From Candidatus Methanoperedens sp. (lineage in GTDB: Archaea > Halobacteriota > Methanosarcinia > Methanosarcinales > Methanoperedenaceae), in contig JBGQBI010000001.1 in the NCBI GenBank assembly GCA_041494705.1, positions 300,001 through 332,000 on the forward strand: DNA of 32,000 bases. The letters run 5' to 3'. The translations under genes and the position numbers were made by a program. Positions 1-9,190 of this stretch are shown here, piece by piece (the stretch's first letter is position 1; every line of letters begins with the position of its first letter). The notes beneath the pieces were generated by a model. The model was not told the origin of the DNA. It saw only the letters and a list, made by a program, of their open reading frames with translations, and searched no databases.

Positions 1-1
1 G

Positions 2-274
2 GAAGATTACGGGGAAATACTTTCACTAGCAGTCGAGCCTTCAAGGGTCAGGGAGGGGATAGGCTCGCAGCTTCTCAAAGCCTGTGAGGAAGAAGCAAGG
101 ACTCTTGGATTAAATAAGCTCATAACTCTTACTTATGCTCCTGAATTCTTTGAGAAACACGGTTTTGTTAGAGTGAAAAAAAGCACGCTTCCACATAAGA
201 TATGGAGCATGTGCATCAAATGCCCGAAGTTCCCTGAGTGCGATGAGATTCCGCTTGTGAAGAAGATAAGTTAA
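2..274 (+). CDS. GNAT-family N-acetyltransferase, C-terminal fragment (5' end lies outside the window)
   Basis: The frame is open from the window edge to TAA at 272-274. The translation ...LSLAVEPSRVREGIGSQLLKACEEEARTLGLNKLITLTYAPEFFEKHGFVRV... looks like the GNAT acetyl-CoA-binding core. It ends in a Cys-rich tail, CIKCPKFPEC. Confidence 0.7.
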   Translation, partial: EDYGEILSLAVEPSRVREGIGSQLLKACEEEARTLGLNKLITLTYAPEFFEKHGFVRVKKSTLPHKIWSMCIKCPKFPECDEIPLVKKIS

Positions 275-571
275 TTATTTAATATTCGCAAGCAGTTCCT
301 GCATTCCTTTCGTGTTAAGCCTGACTGTTTCCCCGTCCACCTCTGCATAACACTCTTTCACAAGATAATCGAGCTGGAATTTCAATTGTGATTCTGATAT
401 GCCAAGCTCTTTATTTATTTCTTTTTTTGTTTTCCCGAAAGCGCCGATGGATTTGACTACCTTCCTCCTGAGTGGGTTTTCAAGAGCCTTGAACATCATC
501 TGATGGTCATGCGGCGTTTTTATCTCGCAGGCATCCTGTTCCGGTGGGATGGAATCTATTTCGTCGTTCAT
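275..571 (-). CDS. Small ArsR-family winged-helix transcriptional regulator
   Basis: 98-aa ORF. The segment FKALENPLRRKVVKSIG...KTKKEINKELGISESQLKFQLDYLVKECY fits the ArsR/SmtB HTH layout. Its start is 16 nt downstream of the radical SAM gene stop on the same strand. Its stop codon (275-277) abuts the GNAT stop (272-274). Confidence 0.65.
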   Translation of the reverse strand: MNDEIDSIPPEQDACEIKTPHDHQMMFKALENPLRRKVVKSIGAFGKTKKEINKELGISESQLKFQLDYLVKECYAEVDGETVRLNTKGMQELLANIK

Positions 572-587
572 TTATATCAACTCTTCA

Positions 588-1598
588 TTATCCCACAATC
601 GGCACCCCTTCCCCGCACTCCGGGCACTTCCCATCCTTAATCTTAATCGCACTCACCCTGAATCCGGCGCGGTCAATCAGCAAAGCATTACACTTCGGGC
701 AATACGTTTTTTCATACTTGTGCCCTTCATGAACATTACCAAGATAAACAAAACTCATCCCCTCTTTCTTCGCAATATCATACGCCATCTCAAGTGTTTC
801 TGTCTGCGTCGGAGGGATGTCGTCCATCTTGTACATTGGATAAAATCGCGTGAAATGCATGGGCGTATCCACGCCGAGGTTATCGCGCACCCATCTCACG
901 ATTTGCGTTAGCTCCTGCGGCGAGTCGTTTTTTGTGGGAATAACCAGCGTTATAACCTCAATGTGCATGCCAAGTTCCTTTGCAAGTTTCGTGGATTCAA
1001 GAACGGGCGCAAGCCTCGCGCCGCAGATTTTCCTGTAAAAATCATCGGAAAACGATTTAATATCCACGCGGAATGCATCAAGATACGGAGCAATCCTTCG
1101 AAGCGCTTCGGGGGTGATGTAACCGTTGGTCACGTAAATCGTCTTTAATCCCGCTTTTTTAGCAAGAACTGCGCTGTCGTATGTGTATTCATGCCAGATG
1201 GCAGGTTCGTTATATGTCCATGCTATTGATTTGCACCCGGTCGCCAGAGCGCGTTTGATTGCCTCTTCAGGCGTTATTTCCATCGTGTACGACTCATCAA
1301 GTGTAGCCTGCGAAATGTTCCAGTTCTGGCAGTGCATGCACCTGAAATTGCATCCGATAGTGCCCAGCGAATACGAAAGTGTTCCGGGCAGGAAATGATA
1401 AAGCGGTTTTTTCTCAATAGGGTCAACGGCTTCACTTGAAACGGTATTATATATCAATGTATAAATTTTCCCGTTCTTATTCTGCCGTGTCCTGCATACC
1501 CCCAGTTTCCCCTCGGCTATCGTACACCTGTGTGAACATACATTGCATTTGACTTTATTGTCCGCAAGTCTGTCAAACAGAACCCCTTCTTTAATCAT
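588..1598 (-). CDS. amrS: AmmeMemoRadiSam-system-type radical SAM enzyme (PflA-like activase family)
   Basis: CNFRCMHCQNW is the CxxxCxxC radical SAM cluster motif. The N-terminal segment VKCNVCSHRCTIAEGKLGVCRTRQNKNGKIYTLIYNTVSSEAVDPIEKKPLYHFLPG matches my memory of this family. There is a C-terminal CPKC...CPEC. Confidence 0.8.
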   Translation of the reverse strand: MIKEGVLFDRLADNKVKCNVCSHRCTIAEGKLGVCRTRQNKNGKIYTLIYNTVSSEAVDPIEKKPLYHFLPGTLSYSLGTIGCNFRCMHCQNWNISQATLDESYTMEITPEEAIKRALATGCKSIAWTYNEPAIWHEYTYDSAVLAKKAGLKTIYVTNGYITPEALRRIAPYLDAFRVDIKSFSDDFYRKICGARLAPVLESTKLAKELGMHIEVITLVIPTKNDSPQELTQIVRWVRDNLGVDTPMHFTRFYPMYKMDDIPPTQTETLEMAYDIAKKEGMSFVYLGNVHEGHKYEKTYCPKCNALLIDRAGFRVSAIKIKDGKCPECGEGVPIVG

Positions 1599-1644
1599 AG
1601 ATTTTGCTCCTATTAACTCCCTCTTTTGGTGCGGATTTTAGCGC

Positions 1645-1711
1645 AATTAACCACGGAGGGCACAGAGAGCACGAAGAACTGTTATTTTTTTTCTCTGTGT
1701 CCTCTGCGTTC
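1645..1711. repeat. 67-nt hairpin-forming intergenic repeat, copy 1 (inverted relative to copy 2 at 12562-12628)
   Basis: 1645-1672 (28 nt), 1681-1688 (8 nt) and 1690-1711 (22 nt) are exact reverse complements of 12601-12628, 12585-12592 and 12562-12583. Arms 1656-1668 and 1692-1704 form a 13-bp stem (12 Watson-Crick pairs plus one G.T) around a 23-nt loop. Confidence 0.85.
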
Positions 1712-1717
1712 CTGATT

Positions 1718-3979
1718 TCATGCATATATTTCAGGTCTTGATTCTATCTGCTTTGAGCGTTTCTTTCGCAGTTCGTCTTTTATCGTCTCGTAATAACTCA
1801 TTATATCCGAGGTAACAGACGGACCCGTATCATCTATTGCAGCCAGGAAATGCGATTGCCTGACTTTTTCGGCTTTAATATTTTCACGCATCGCGAATCG
1901 CCCTGCTTTCTTGCACACAGCAGCTATGTCTGCGCCTGTGAAGTCTTCAGTCAATTCTACGAGTTTTTCAATTTTCACATCCTTTGCAAGCGCCATTTTC
2001 TTTGTATGTACCTTGAAGATTTCAAGTCTGGTCTTCATATCAGGCACAGGCACAAGTATCATTTCGTCAAACCTTCCCGGGCGCAAAAGCGCAGGGTCGA
2101 TTATATCGGGCCTGTTCGTAGCCCCGATAATCACAACGCCGCGAAGTTCCTCGAGGCCATCAAGTTCCGAGAGCAACTGGTTCACAATCCGCTCGGTTAC
2201 ATGCGGCTCACCCGCTGCCGTTCCCCTTATGGGAGCGAGCGCATCGAGTTCATCAAGGAATATAATAGCGGGCGCAACCTGGCGTGCTTTTTTGAATATC
2301 TCTGCTATATGCTGCTCTGATTCGCCGTACCATTTCGATAAAATATCGCTGCCCTTGACGGTTATGAAATTCGCTTCACTTTCTTTTGCGATGGCTTTTG
2401 CAAGAAGGGTTTTCCCGGTACCCGGCGGTCCGTAAAGCAGCACTCCTTTAGGCGCTTCCACTCCTATGCGCCTGAATGAATCCCCATAACGCAGCGGCCA
2501 TTCAACAGCCTCTTTCAGCAGGGCTTTTACATTATCAAGCCCGCCAATATCCTCCCATGTCACATTGGGCACTTCAAATAATATCTCCCGCAGTGCAGAG
2601 GGCTGGACTTCCTTCATGACCTCTTCAAAGTCAGAACGCTTGATAACAAGTTTATCCAGCGTCTCCTTGGGAATTTCTTTCAGTTCAAGGTCTATTTCAG
2701 GGAGAATCCTTCGCAGCGAAGTCATTGCGGCTTCGCGGCACAGCGCCGCTATGTCGGCGCCAACGAACCCGTATGTGCGGTCTGCAAGGGCATCAAGACT
2801 CACATCCTCGGTAAGCGGCATCCCGCGTGTATGAATCTGGAATATCTCCCTTCTCCCTTCACGGTCAGGTACCCGAAGCTCAATTTCGCGGTCAAACCTG
2901 CCCGGGCGGCGAAGCGCCATATCAAGCGCCTCGGGGCGGTTTGTCGCGCCTATAACAATCACGTTCTTTCTTGACTTTAAGCCGTCCATCAATGAAAGAA
3001 GCTGTGCCACAACGCGGCGCTCAACCTCGCCCGTGACCTCGGCGCGTTTGGGGGCGATGCTATCAATCTCATCGATGAAAATTATGGCAGGGGAATTTTT
3101 ATCAGCTTCATCAAAAGCCTCGCGCAGCTTATGCTCGCTTTCCCCGTAATATTTTGACATGATTTCAGGGCCGTTTATAGTAATGAAATACGCATCGCTC
3201 TCATTTGCAACAGCTTTTGCGAGCATGGTTTTCCCTGTCCCCGGGGGGCCGTGAAGAAGGACTCCTTTTGGCGCGTCAATCCCGAGCCTGCTAAAGAGTT
3301 CCGGATGACGGAGAGGCAATTCTATTATTTCCCTTATTTTAGTGAGCGCAGGTTTTATCCCGCCTAAGTCCTCATACATTACCTCGGGGATTCCCTCCTC
3401 AAGCTCAACCGCTTCGGGTAAAAGTTCGACTTCCGTGATATCGGTAATCTTGACTATACCCGCCGGGGTTGCCGATACCACATGGAGTTTAATCTCGCCA
3501 AGCCCAAAGGAAGGGAACATTCCTTCGAATACATGCTCAAGCATCATATCCCCGCCATAAGATTCCCTGGGGCGCCGCACACTGGTGGTTGAAATGACAT
3601 CTCCTTTTGAGACAGTCCTGTTATGAAAAATCGACCTCAAACTTTCGCTGGGCGCATAGATATGGATATTCTGGGTAACCGGGGAAAGTATGACCTTTTT
3701 TGCTTCTTTCCATTCTGCTTTCCTGACCTCCACATATTCCCCGAGACTTGTTTTCGCGTTAGTCCGTATCAGCCCGTCCATGCGGATGACGTCGAGCCCC
3801 TCATCCTGGGGATATGACCTTCCCACCACAGCCGATGTCTGGCGCTCGCCTGTAACTTCCACTACGTCAAAAATATTGACGCCAATATCGTTCCTGAACT
3901 TCTCATCGATTCGTACGATTCCTTTTCCGACATCTCTCTGGTCTGCTTCTGACACTTTTAATCGCGCTGATTTTTCCAT
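1718..3979 (-). CDS. cdc48: CDC48/VCP-family AAA+ ATPase (two ATPase domains)
   Basis: 753 aa with two Walker A motifs (GPPGTGKT twice) and two Walker B motifs (IIFIDEID and IIFLDELD). It has an N-terminal Cdc48-type domain, and the SRH regions read [22 protein letters not shown] and [19 protein letters not shown]. Confidence 0.95.
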   Translation of the reverse strand: MEKSARLKVSEADQRDVGKGIVRIDEKFRNDIGVNIFDVVEVTGERQTSAVVGRSYPQDEGLDVIRMDGLIRTNAKTSLGEYVEVRKAEWKEAKKVILSPVTQNIHIYAPSESLRSIFHNRTVSKGDVISTTSVRRPRESYGGDMMLEHVFEGMFPSFGLGEIKLHVVSATPAGIVKITDITEVELLPEAVELEEGIPEVMYEDLGGIKPALTKIREIIELPLRHPELFSRLGIDAPKGVLLHGPPGTGKTMLAKAVANESDAYFITINGPEIMSKYYGESEHKLREAFDEADKNSPAIIFIDEIDSIAPKRAEVTGEVERRVVAQLLSLMDGLKSRKNVIVIGATNRPEALDMALRRPGRFDREIELRVPDREGRREIFQIHTRGMPLTEDVSLDALADRTYGFVGADIAALCREAAMTSLRRILPEIDLELKEIPKETLDKLVIKRSDFEEVMKEVQPSALREILFEVPNVTWEDIGGLDNVKALLKEAVEWPLRYGDSFRRIGVEAPKGVLLYGPPGTGKTLLAKAIAKESEANFITVKGSDILSKWYGESEQHIAEIFKKARQVAPAIIFLDELDALAPIRGTAAGEPHVTERIVNQLLSELDGLEELRGVVIIGATNRPDIIDPALLRPGRFDEMILVPVPDMKTRLEIFKVHTKKMALAKDVKIEKLVELTEDFTGADIAAVCKKAGRFAMRENIKAEKVRQSHFLAAIDDTGPSVTSDIMSYYETIKDELRKKRSKQIESRPEIYA

Positions 3980-4006
3980 GATTCCCCTATATTATAATAT
4001 TTTGTT

Positions 4007-5272
4007 TTATTTCATAAAAGTTTGCTTTCTTCCCGGTCCGACGGAAACATATTCAATTTCGACGCCCATTAATTCTTCAAGTAATTCAATGTACAGCCTG
4101 GCATTTTCGGGAAGGCCAGGGAAACTTTCAGCCCCGGAAATATCTTCTTTCCATCCGGGGAGGTCAATATAAATGGGTTTGCACCTGGCGATATCATCGG
4201 AAAGTTCTGGCGGATAATCAAGCTGTTTTCCATCAATTTCATATCCTATGCATAGTTTCAAAGGGTTAAGCCCGGAAAGGACGTCAAGTTTGGTGAGAGC
4301 CATGCTTGTATAGCCGTTGAGGTTGATGGATTTTCCTGCAAGCGGAAGGTCAAACCAGCCGCATCTCCGTGGTCGTCCCGTGGTTGTTCCGAACTCTCGG
4401 CCTTTTTCACGCAGGTGCTCGCCGACTTCGTTTTTTTGCTCTGTGGGAAGCGGCCCCTCTCCAACGCGCGTAATATAAGCTTTGATGACGCCGATTACCT
4501 TATCCACTTTTTTCGGGCCGACCCCGAGTGAAGCACAGGCGGAACCTGCCACCGTGCTTGAGGATGTGACGAATTTTTGCGTGCCGTGTATGATATCAAG
4601 ATGCGTTCCCTGCGCCCCTTCTGCAAGGACGTTTTTTCCGTGTTTTAATGCAAGATTTATCTCTTTTGATACGTCGGTGATATAGGGTTTTAATTTCTTT
4701 CCGATTTCAAGGTATTCATCGACCTCAGAACGTGCAATCTTCGTGTCTCCGCCCAATTCTTTTATCGCATTTTCTTTTTGCGGGGCAATTTCCAGAAGTC
4801 GCTTCTTGAACCTATTTTCATCCGCTATGTCCGCCATCTGTATCTCATCGCGCCCCACCTTATCGATATAAGCAAAACCGATTCCCCTGCTCGTCGTCCC
4901 GATTTTTACGGCGCGTTTTGATTCACGCAGGGTGTCAAGAGCAACATGATAGGGCATTATGATGCTTGTCTTTGCATCAATTCCGAGCTTGGAAGGCGTC
5001 ACTTCCACGCCATTTTCTGCAAGCATGGCTATTTCATCCATCAGAATCTTCGGGTTCATGACAGTGCCGGGGCCTATAAGCAAGCGGGCATCGAAAAGCA
5101 CGCCTGAAGGAATAAGATGCAGTTTGTAGGTTTTTCCTTCAGCCACAACAGTATGGCCGGCGTTATCACCGCCCTGGAAGCGCGCCACAATATCGTATTG
5201 CGATGCCAGCATATCCACGATTTTGCCTTTGCCTTCGTCCCCGAACTGAGCGCCTGTGATTATGGTGAACAT
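4007..5272 (-). CDS. purA: Adenylosuccinate synthase
   Basis: 421 aa with GAQFGDEGKGK at the N-terminus, then GGDNAGHTV, GTTSRGIG and TTGRPRRCGWFD, which are the classic PurA motifs. Confidence 0.95.
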   Translation of the reverse strand: MFTIITGAQFGDEGKGKIVDMLASQYDIVARFQGGDNAGHTVVAEGKTYKLHLIPSGVLFDARLLIGPGTVMNPKILMDEIAMLAENGVEVTPSKLGIDAKTSIIMPYHVALDTLRESKRAVKIGTTSRGIGFAYIDKVGRDEIQMADIADENRFKKRLLEIAPQKENAIKELGGDTKIARSEVDEYLEIGKKLKPYITDVSKEINLALKHGKNVLAEGAQGTHLDIIHGTQKFVTSSSTVAGSACASLGVGPKKVDKVIGVIKAYITRVGEGPLPTEQKNEVGEHLREKGREFGTTTGRPRRCGWFDLPLAGKSINLNGYTSMALTKLDVLSGLNPLKLCIGYEIDGKQLDYPPELSDDIARCKPIYIDLPGWKEDISGAESFPGLPENARLYIELLEELMGVEIEYVSVGPGRKQTFMK

Positions 5273-5326
5273 GTTATATCATTCTTAATTTGGCGGGAAA
5301 TATGATAAGTTTATTTATTCATAAAG

Positions 5327-5397
5327 TGTCACGCCCTTTATGACGTCCCGTGTCACTCCTCGGGAGGGCGTGTCCACGTATGGCGAAGCCATACGTG
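5327..5397. other. GC-rich structured intergenic element (nested and tandem hairpins) between truD and purA
   Basis: 5330-5336 cacgccc pairs with 5366-5372 gggcgtg. This encloses 5346-5350 tcccg paired with 5361-5365 cggga. A perfect 10-bp hairpin follows: 5375-5384 cacgtatggc, GAA loop, 5388-5397 gccatacgtg. Confidence 0.5.
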
Positions 5398-5439
5398 TGC
5401 GCGGTGTAAACTGACGCAACAGTTTTTGATAAAACTTTC

Positions 5440-6726
5440 CTAAAGTTTTTTCATATACTCCCTTAAAACCGTAGTCGCATAACTCCCTTTCTGCAAAGAG
5501 AACTCAAGCGTGACTTTAATCTTCCCAGCATTAACATCATCCTCCTCAACACTGAATTCAGGCTTGAAAGACAAAATAATCTCCCTTCGCAATCCTCTTG
5601 ACGACAATTCAGGCATAGCTGTGACTTTGAAACCCTCAGGCTCGACATTTAACTCTCTCACCACAGCCCGCTCAATCTCACCCGGCGCGCCTTCTGCAAA
5701 CTGTGTTTCATACCCCACAAGCGGCGCAGTGGCAAAAGCCCGCCCCCTGTTGATGAGATTATTTATCCCGTCCAGGTTATCCTTCGTGACCTTCTGGAGC
5801 CGCGAAGTATCAGGCAGACCCATTTCGTTCTTAAAACACACGATGTCCCCGTCATATGCCTCATGTATCGACAGCCCGGATGCAATCCGGCGGCTCAAGA
5901 TAATATTGAAGATATAGGATTGGTACGCGTGCAGGAACATTGCCTGTAATTTCGGGGACAATTTTTTGAAAGCGCCCGGGTAATCATCAGGATACGCAAT
6001 CAGGTGGTTCATCATAGCCCTCTCGAACTGGAGACGCAATGGGTACAGCTTCAGCCCCTCTTTATAGTCGTCCGTATCCTCTACAAACTGGCGCGCTTTT
6101 TTAATTTCTTCTGATTCATCAGGAAAGGCTCTTGCTATATATGTAAGCGCTGCATCCCTGAAATTACCCCGTGCGATAGCTTCGCCCACTACATGCGTAA
6201 CCGGGCGCACCTCACCGAACCTCTGCACCCCAAAGAAATTCGGCGCGCCTAGCAGAAGCTCCAATGTTGCGGTTTTTACCCGTGAAAGCGTCTCTTCCTG
6301 TGATAGCCCGATATCTCTTATCGTTATTTTGAAACGATTCCCCCACAGGTCTCCGAGACTTATTTTATTATTTGAGCGTCCGATGGGCTTTAACTCAACA
6401 TCCTTTAAACGGATGCGTGATAAGTCCTCTTCGTTTACATCCCAGATACTTATTTTCTGTTTTGTGAAGGCGCGCTTATCCTTGGTCCCTGCCCAGCCGA
6501 ACCTCTGCTGGCTTATCCTCAATATCCGCGCAAGGTCGTGGACAAGATGATGGATATCCCAGTTTTTTTTCGTGAGTTCTGCAATCAGGTATTTCCCGTT
6601 TGCGGTCTCAATCCTGTTCGTGAGTTCTTCGACCTGGAAATCCTCGATTTGCTGCCGGATGACCCCGCCGATTCCCGGAGTTTTTGTATAGTATAAGCCG
6701 ATGCCTATCGTATTATCCTGAGCTAT
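5440..6726 (-). CDS. truD: tRNA pseudouridine(13) synthase TruD (start codon uncertain and non-canonical)
   Basis: The track ORF (TTG at 6522) is N-terminally truncated. The same frame stays open up to TGA at 6766-6768 and encodes IAQDNTIGIGLYYTKTPGIGGVIRQQIEDFQVEE..., which is a TruD N-terminus. The catalytic-Asp region reads AGTKDKRAFT. The only possible start codons in that frame are ATC (6729) and ATA (6726). Confidence 0.85.
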   Translation of the reverse strand: MAQDNTIGIGLYYTKTPGIGGVIRQQIEDFQVEELTNRIETANGKYLIAELTKKNWDIHHLVHDLARILRISQQRFGWAGTKDKRAFTKQKISIWDVNEEDLSRIRLKDVELKPIGRSNNKISLGDLWGNRFKITIRDIGLSQEETLSRVKTATLELLLGAPNFFGVQRFGEVRPVTHVVGEAIARGNFRDAALTYIARAFPDESEEIKKARQFVEDTDDYKEGLKLYPLRLQFERAMMNHLIAYPDDYPGAFKKLSPKLQAMFLHAYQSYIFNIILSRRIASGLSIHEAYDGDIVCFKNEMGLPDTSRLQKVTKDNLDGINNLINRGRAFATAPLVGYETQFAEGAPGEIERAVVRELNVEPEGFKVTAMPELSSRGLRREIILSFKPEFSVEEDDVNAGKIKVTLEFSLQKGSYATTVLREYMKKL

Positions 6727-6838
6727 GATGGCAGCCCCCGTAAAAACGTATTGAATGAACCATAATCAGGTGCATATATATACATGATTAATATAACCCT
6801 ATGCGCTTTTAGGCACCAGCAGTTAATAAGGTGACAGA

Positions 6839-7276
6839 TTGATTATCATACGAAAATTCCATCCCCAGGATTTCCAGTGGATCATTGAGATTGAAAGGAA
6901 GGTCTTTGATGAGCATGACCCTTACCTTTATATGCAGTTTTATGAGACGTATCCTGAGAGTTTTATTGTCGCTGAAATTAACGGTTTCGTGGTGGGATAC
7001 GTTACAGGGTTCCTGGCAAAAGAGGGAGTAGGCCGCGTTTTTTCTCTTGCCGTACATCCCTCGTACCAGAACAGGGGCGTTGGCGGCAACCTTTTAAAAG
7101 AGATTATTTGGATTCTCCAAAGGTTTGGTGTTATCGAAATTATTCTTGAAGTGCGTTCGGGCAATATTAAGGCAAGAAGATTCTATGAAAGGCATGGGTT
7201 CCGCCAGATTGGAATAAAAGAAAAATACTATAATGATGCTGAGAACGCATGTTTGATGAAACTTGAAATAAAATAA
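6839..7276 (+). CDS. rimI: Ribosomal-protein-alanine N-acetyltransferase (RimI / archaeal Ard1-like GNAT)
   Basis: 145 aa. The segment VFSLAVHPSYQNRGVGGNLL...LEVRSGNIKARRFYERHGF is the GNAT motif A/B pattern typical of RimI. The start is TTG at 6839, with GGTGA (6830-6834) 4 nt upstream. Confidence 0.8.
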   Translation: MIIIRKFHPQDFQWIIEIERKVFDEHDPYLYMQFYETYPESFIVAEINGFVVGYVTGFLAKEGVGRVFSLAVHPSYQNRGVGGNLLKEIIWILQRFGVIEIILEVRSGNIKARRFYERHGFRQIGIKEKYYNDAENACLMKLEIK

Positions 7277-7286
7277 ATGCCTGCTC

Positions 7287-7361
7287 TGCGGTGGAATGCG
7301 AAACCGCAAAGCCGGTCATGAATGAAGTTCATGGATAACAATGAAAAAACTAATCATTGTT
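7287..7361. terminator. Three consecutive hairpins in the convergent rimI/thermosome 3' intergenic region (candidate terminator structures)
   Basis: Hairpin 1 is 7287-7292 tgcggt paired with 7303-7308 accgca. Hairpin 2 is 7317-7322 catgaa paired with 7328-7333 ttcatg. Hairpin 3 is 7337-7344 aacaatga paired with 7354-7361 tcattgtt. The function is inferred from position only. Confidence 0.3.
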
Positions 7362-7377
7362 AAATTATGTATATCTT

Positions 7378-8985
7378 TTAATCCATGTCAAAGTCTTTTT
7401 TCTTGGGTTTTGCGTCCTTTGCAGAAGCTATCACGTCATCGATGCGCAATATCATGGATGCAGCTTCAGTAGCCGACGTAATTGCCTGTGTTTTCACGCG
7501 AAGCGGTTCGATGACGCCGTTCTTCATCATATCCACGGGCTTGCCTTCGTATACATCAAGACCGACATTCTTATTCCCCTGTTCATGCTCTCTTCGCAGT
7601 TCCACAAGCATATCTATGGCGTCAAGACCCGCATTCTCAGCCAGCGTCTTGGGAATTATTTCAAGCGCCTGCGCGAATTTATTTACCGCAAGCTGTTCCC
7701 TGCCTTCCAGTGTGGAAGCGTAATCCTTGAGGCGAAGAGCAAGTTCCATTTCAGGCGAGCCGCCGCCTGCCAGTATTTTCTCATCCTCAATCGCCACGCC
7801 CACCACGCGCAGCGCATCATGCATCGCCCTGTCAAGGCTTGTGACGACATGTTCGGTTCCGCCGCGCAGCAATATTGAATAAGTATCAGGATTCTTGCAT
7901 CCGGTAATGAATATCATTTCCCCGTTCCCGACCATCTTTTCTTCGACAAGTCCTGCCTGCCCCAGGGCTTCGGGTCTTATCTCATCAAGGCTTGTGATTA
8001 TTTTACCGCCTGTAGCCCGTGATAATTTCACAAGGTCGTTCTTCTTTACCCTGTGTGCCACGAAAATACCTGCTTTTGCAAGGAAATACCTTGCCATGTC
8101 ATCAACGCCTTTCTGGCAGAATACTACGTTTACGCCGCCATTGATTACTTTATTGGCAGCTTCACGCACCTGGTTTTCTTCCTGCTCAAGGAACATGCGG
8201 GTCTGCCCGACCTCTTCAATGGATATTTCGGATTTTGTCTCCGTTTTCCTGACCTCGATAGGGGTCGCAAGAATTGCTATTTTCGCATTCTCTATCCGGG
8301 TTGGCATGCTCGCGTGAGTTTTTGTCTTATCCAGGATTATCCCCTGTATAAGCTCGCTGTCCTCCACACTTCCTTCCCCGCGCCGCTCGATTGATATGTC
8401 CTTGATATTCACTTTCCTTTTCCCGTTCTCTGTTTTAACTATCGATTTAATTGCTGTGACAACGAGGTCTGAAAGTTTTTCTCTTGAGAATTCGATGCCT
8501 TTCCCTGTAAGCGCGGTCTGGGCGATTTTACGAAGCTGCTCGTCTGTTGAATCCACGGCAATATCGGTGAGGATTTCTTTTGACTTGTGCGCAGCAAGGT
8601 TATATCCGTGGATAATGGTTGTCGGATGAACGCCCAGTTCCATCAGTTCCTGAGCGCCTTTTAGAAACTCGCCTGTCAATACCGCTGCCGTTGTTGTCCC
8701 GTCCCCAACTTCATCGTCCTGGGTCTTTGCAACCTCGGCGACTATCTTTGCAGCCGGATGCTTTATTTGCATTTCATCAAGTATGGTGGCGCCGTCGTTT
8801 GTGATAATTACAAGTCCTGCCGGGTCGGTGAGCATTTTGTCCAATCCCTTTGGACCGAGCGTGGTTCTCACGGCTTCAGCTACTGCTCTGGCTGCCATGA
8901 TATTACTTCTCTTGGCTTCTTCTCCTCTTGTCTCTTGTGTTCCCATTTTTAAAATGATAATCGGCTGTCCCGTTTGACCTGGCAT
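7378..8985 (-). CDS. ths: Thermosome subunit (group II chaperonin)
   Basis: 535 aa with [21 protein letters not shown] and ILAGGGSPE motifs. AAGGAGA lies upstream of the ATG. Confidence 0.95.
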   Translation of the reverse strand: MPGQTGQPIIILKMGTQETRGEEAKRSNIMAARAVAEAVRTTLGPKGLDKMLTDPAGLVIITNDGATILDEMQIKHPAAKIVAEVAKTQDDEVGDGTTTAAVLTGEFLKGAQELMELGVHPTTIIHGYNLAAHKSKEILTDIAVDSTDEQLRKIAQTALTGKGIEFSREKLSDLVVTAIKSIVKTENGKRKVNIKDISIERRGEGSVEDSELIQGIILDKTKTHASMPTRIENAKIAILATPIEVRKTETKSEISIEEVGQTRMFLEQEENQVREAANKVINGGVNVVFCQKGVDDMARYFLAKAGIFVAHRVKKNDLVKLSRATGGKIITSLDEIRPEALGQAGLVEEKMVGNGEMIFITGCKNPDTYSILLRGGTEHVVTSLDRAMHDALRVVGVAIEDEKILAGGGSPEMELALRLKDYASTLEGREQLAVNKFAQALEIIPKTLAENAGLDAIDMLVELRREHEQGNKNVGLDVYEGKPVDMMKNGVIEPLRVKTQAITSATEAASMILRIDDVIASAKDAKPKKKDFDMD

Positions 8986-9190
8986 AGATATTCTCCTTTA
9001 TAATTAAATAAATGAATTACGTCACCTGCTTTTTCCAGTAATGGATTGAGCTGTGACTTTCTGTTGTTTCATGTTTATAGTTCTATAAAAAGACTTCGCT
9101 GAGGATTCTGTTAAGTTAAAGAGTATTTTGTTATGTGGTATATCCAATCTAATGTTTTACCAAAATACAATATCTAAATCATGTTTGTAT

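Noticed and set aside
1850-4172. Several plus-strand ORFs of 60-174 aa (1850..2320, 1911..2435, 2565..2834, 3342..3560, 3690..4172)
   Set aside because: All are antisense to cdc48 or purA. Their translations are Ser/Pro/Arg-rich with no motifs, so they are shadow ORFs of highly conserved genes.
5327-5414. C/D-box or H/ACA guide sRNA next to truD
   Set aside because: There is no RUGAUGA/CUGA box pair with correct spacing on either strand, and no ACA box at the right distance from a pseudouridylation pocket. Only generic hairpins are present.
7357-8977. Plus-strand ORFs of 61-173 aa across 7357-8977
   Set aside because: All are antisense to the thermosome gene and none has a recognisable motif.
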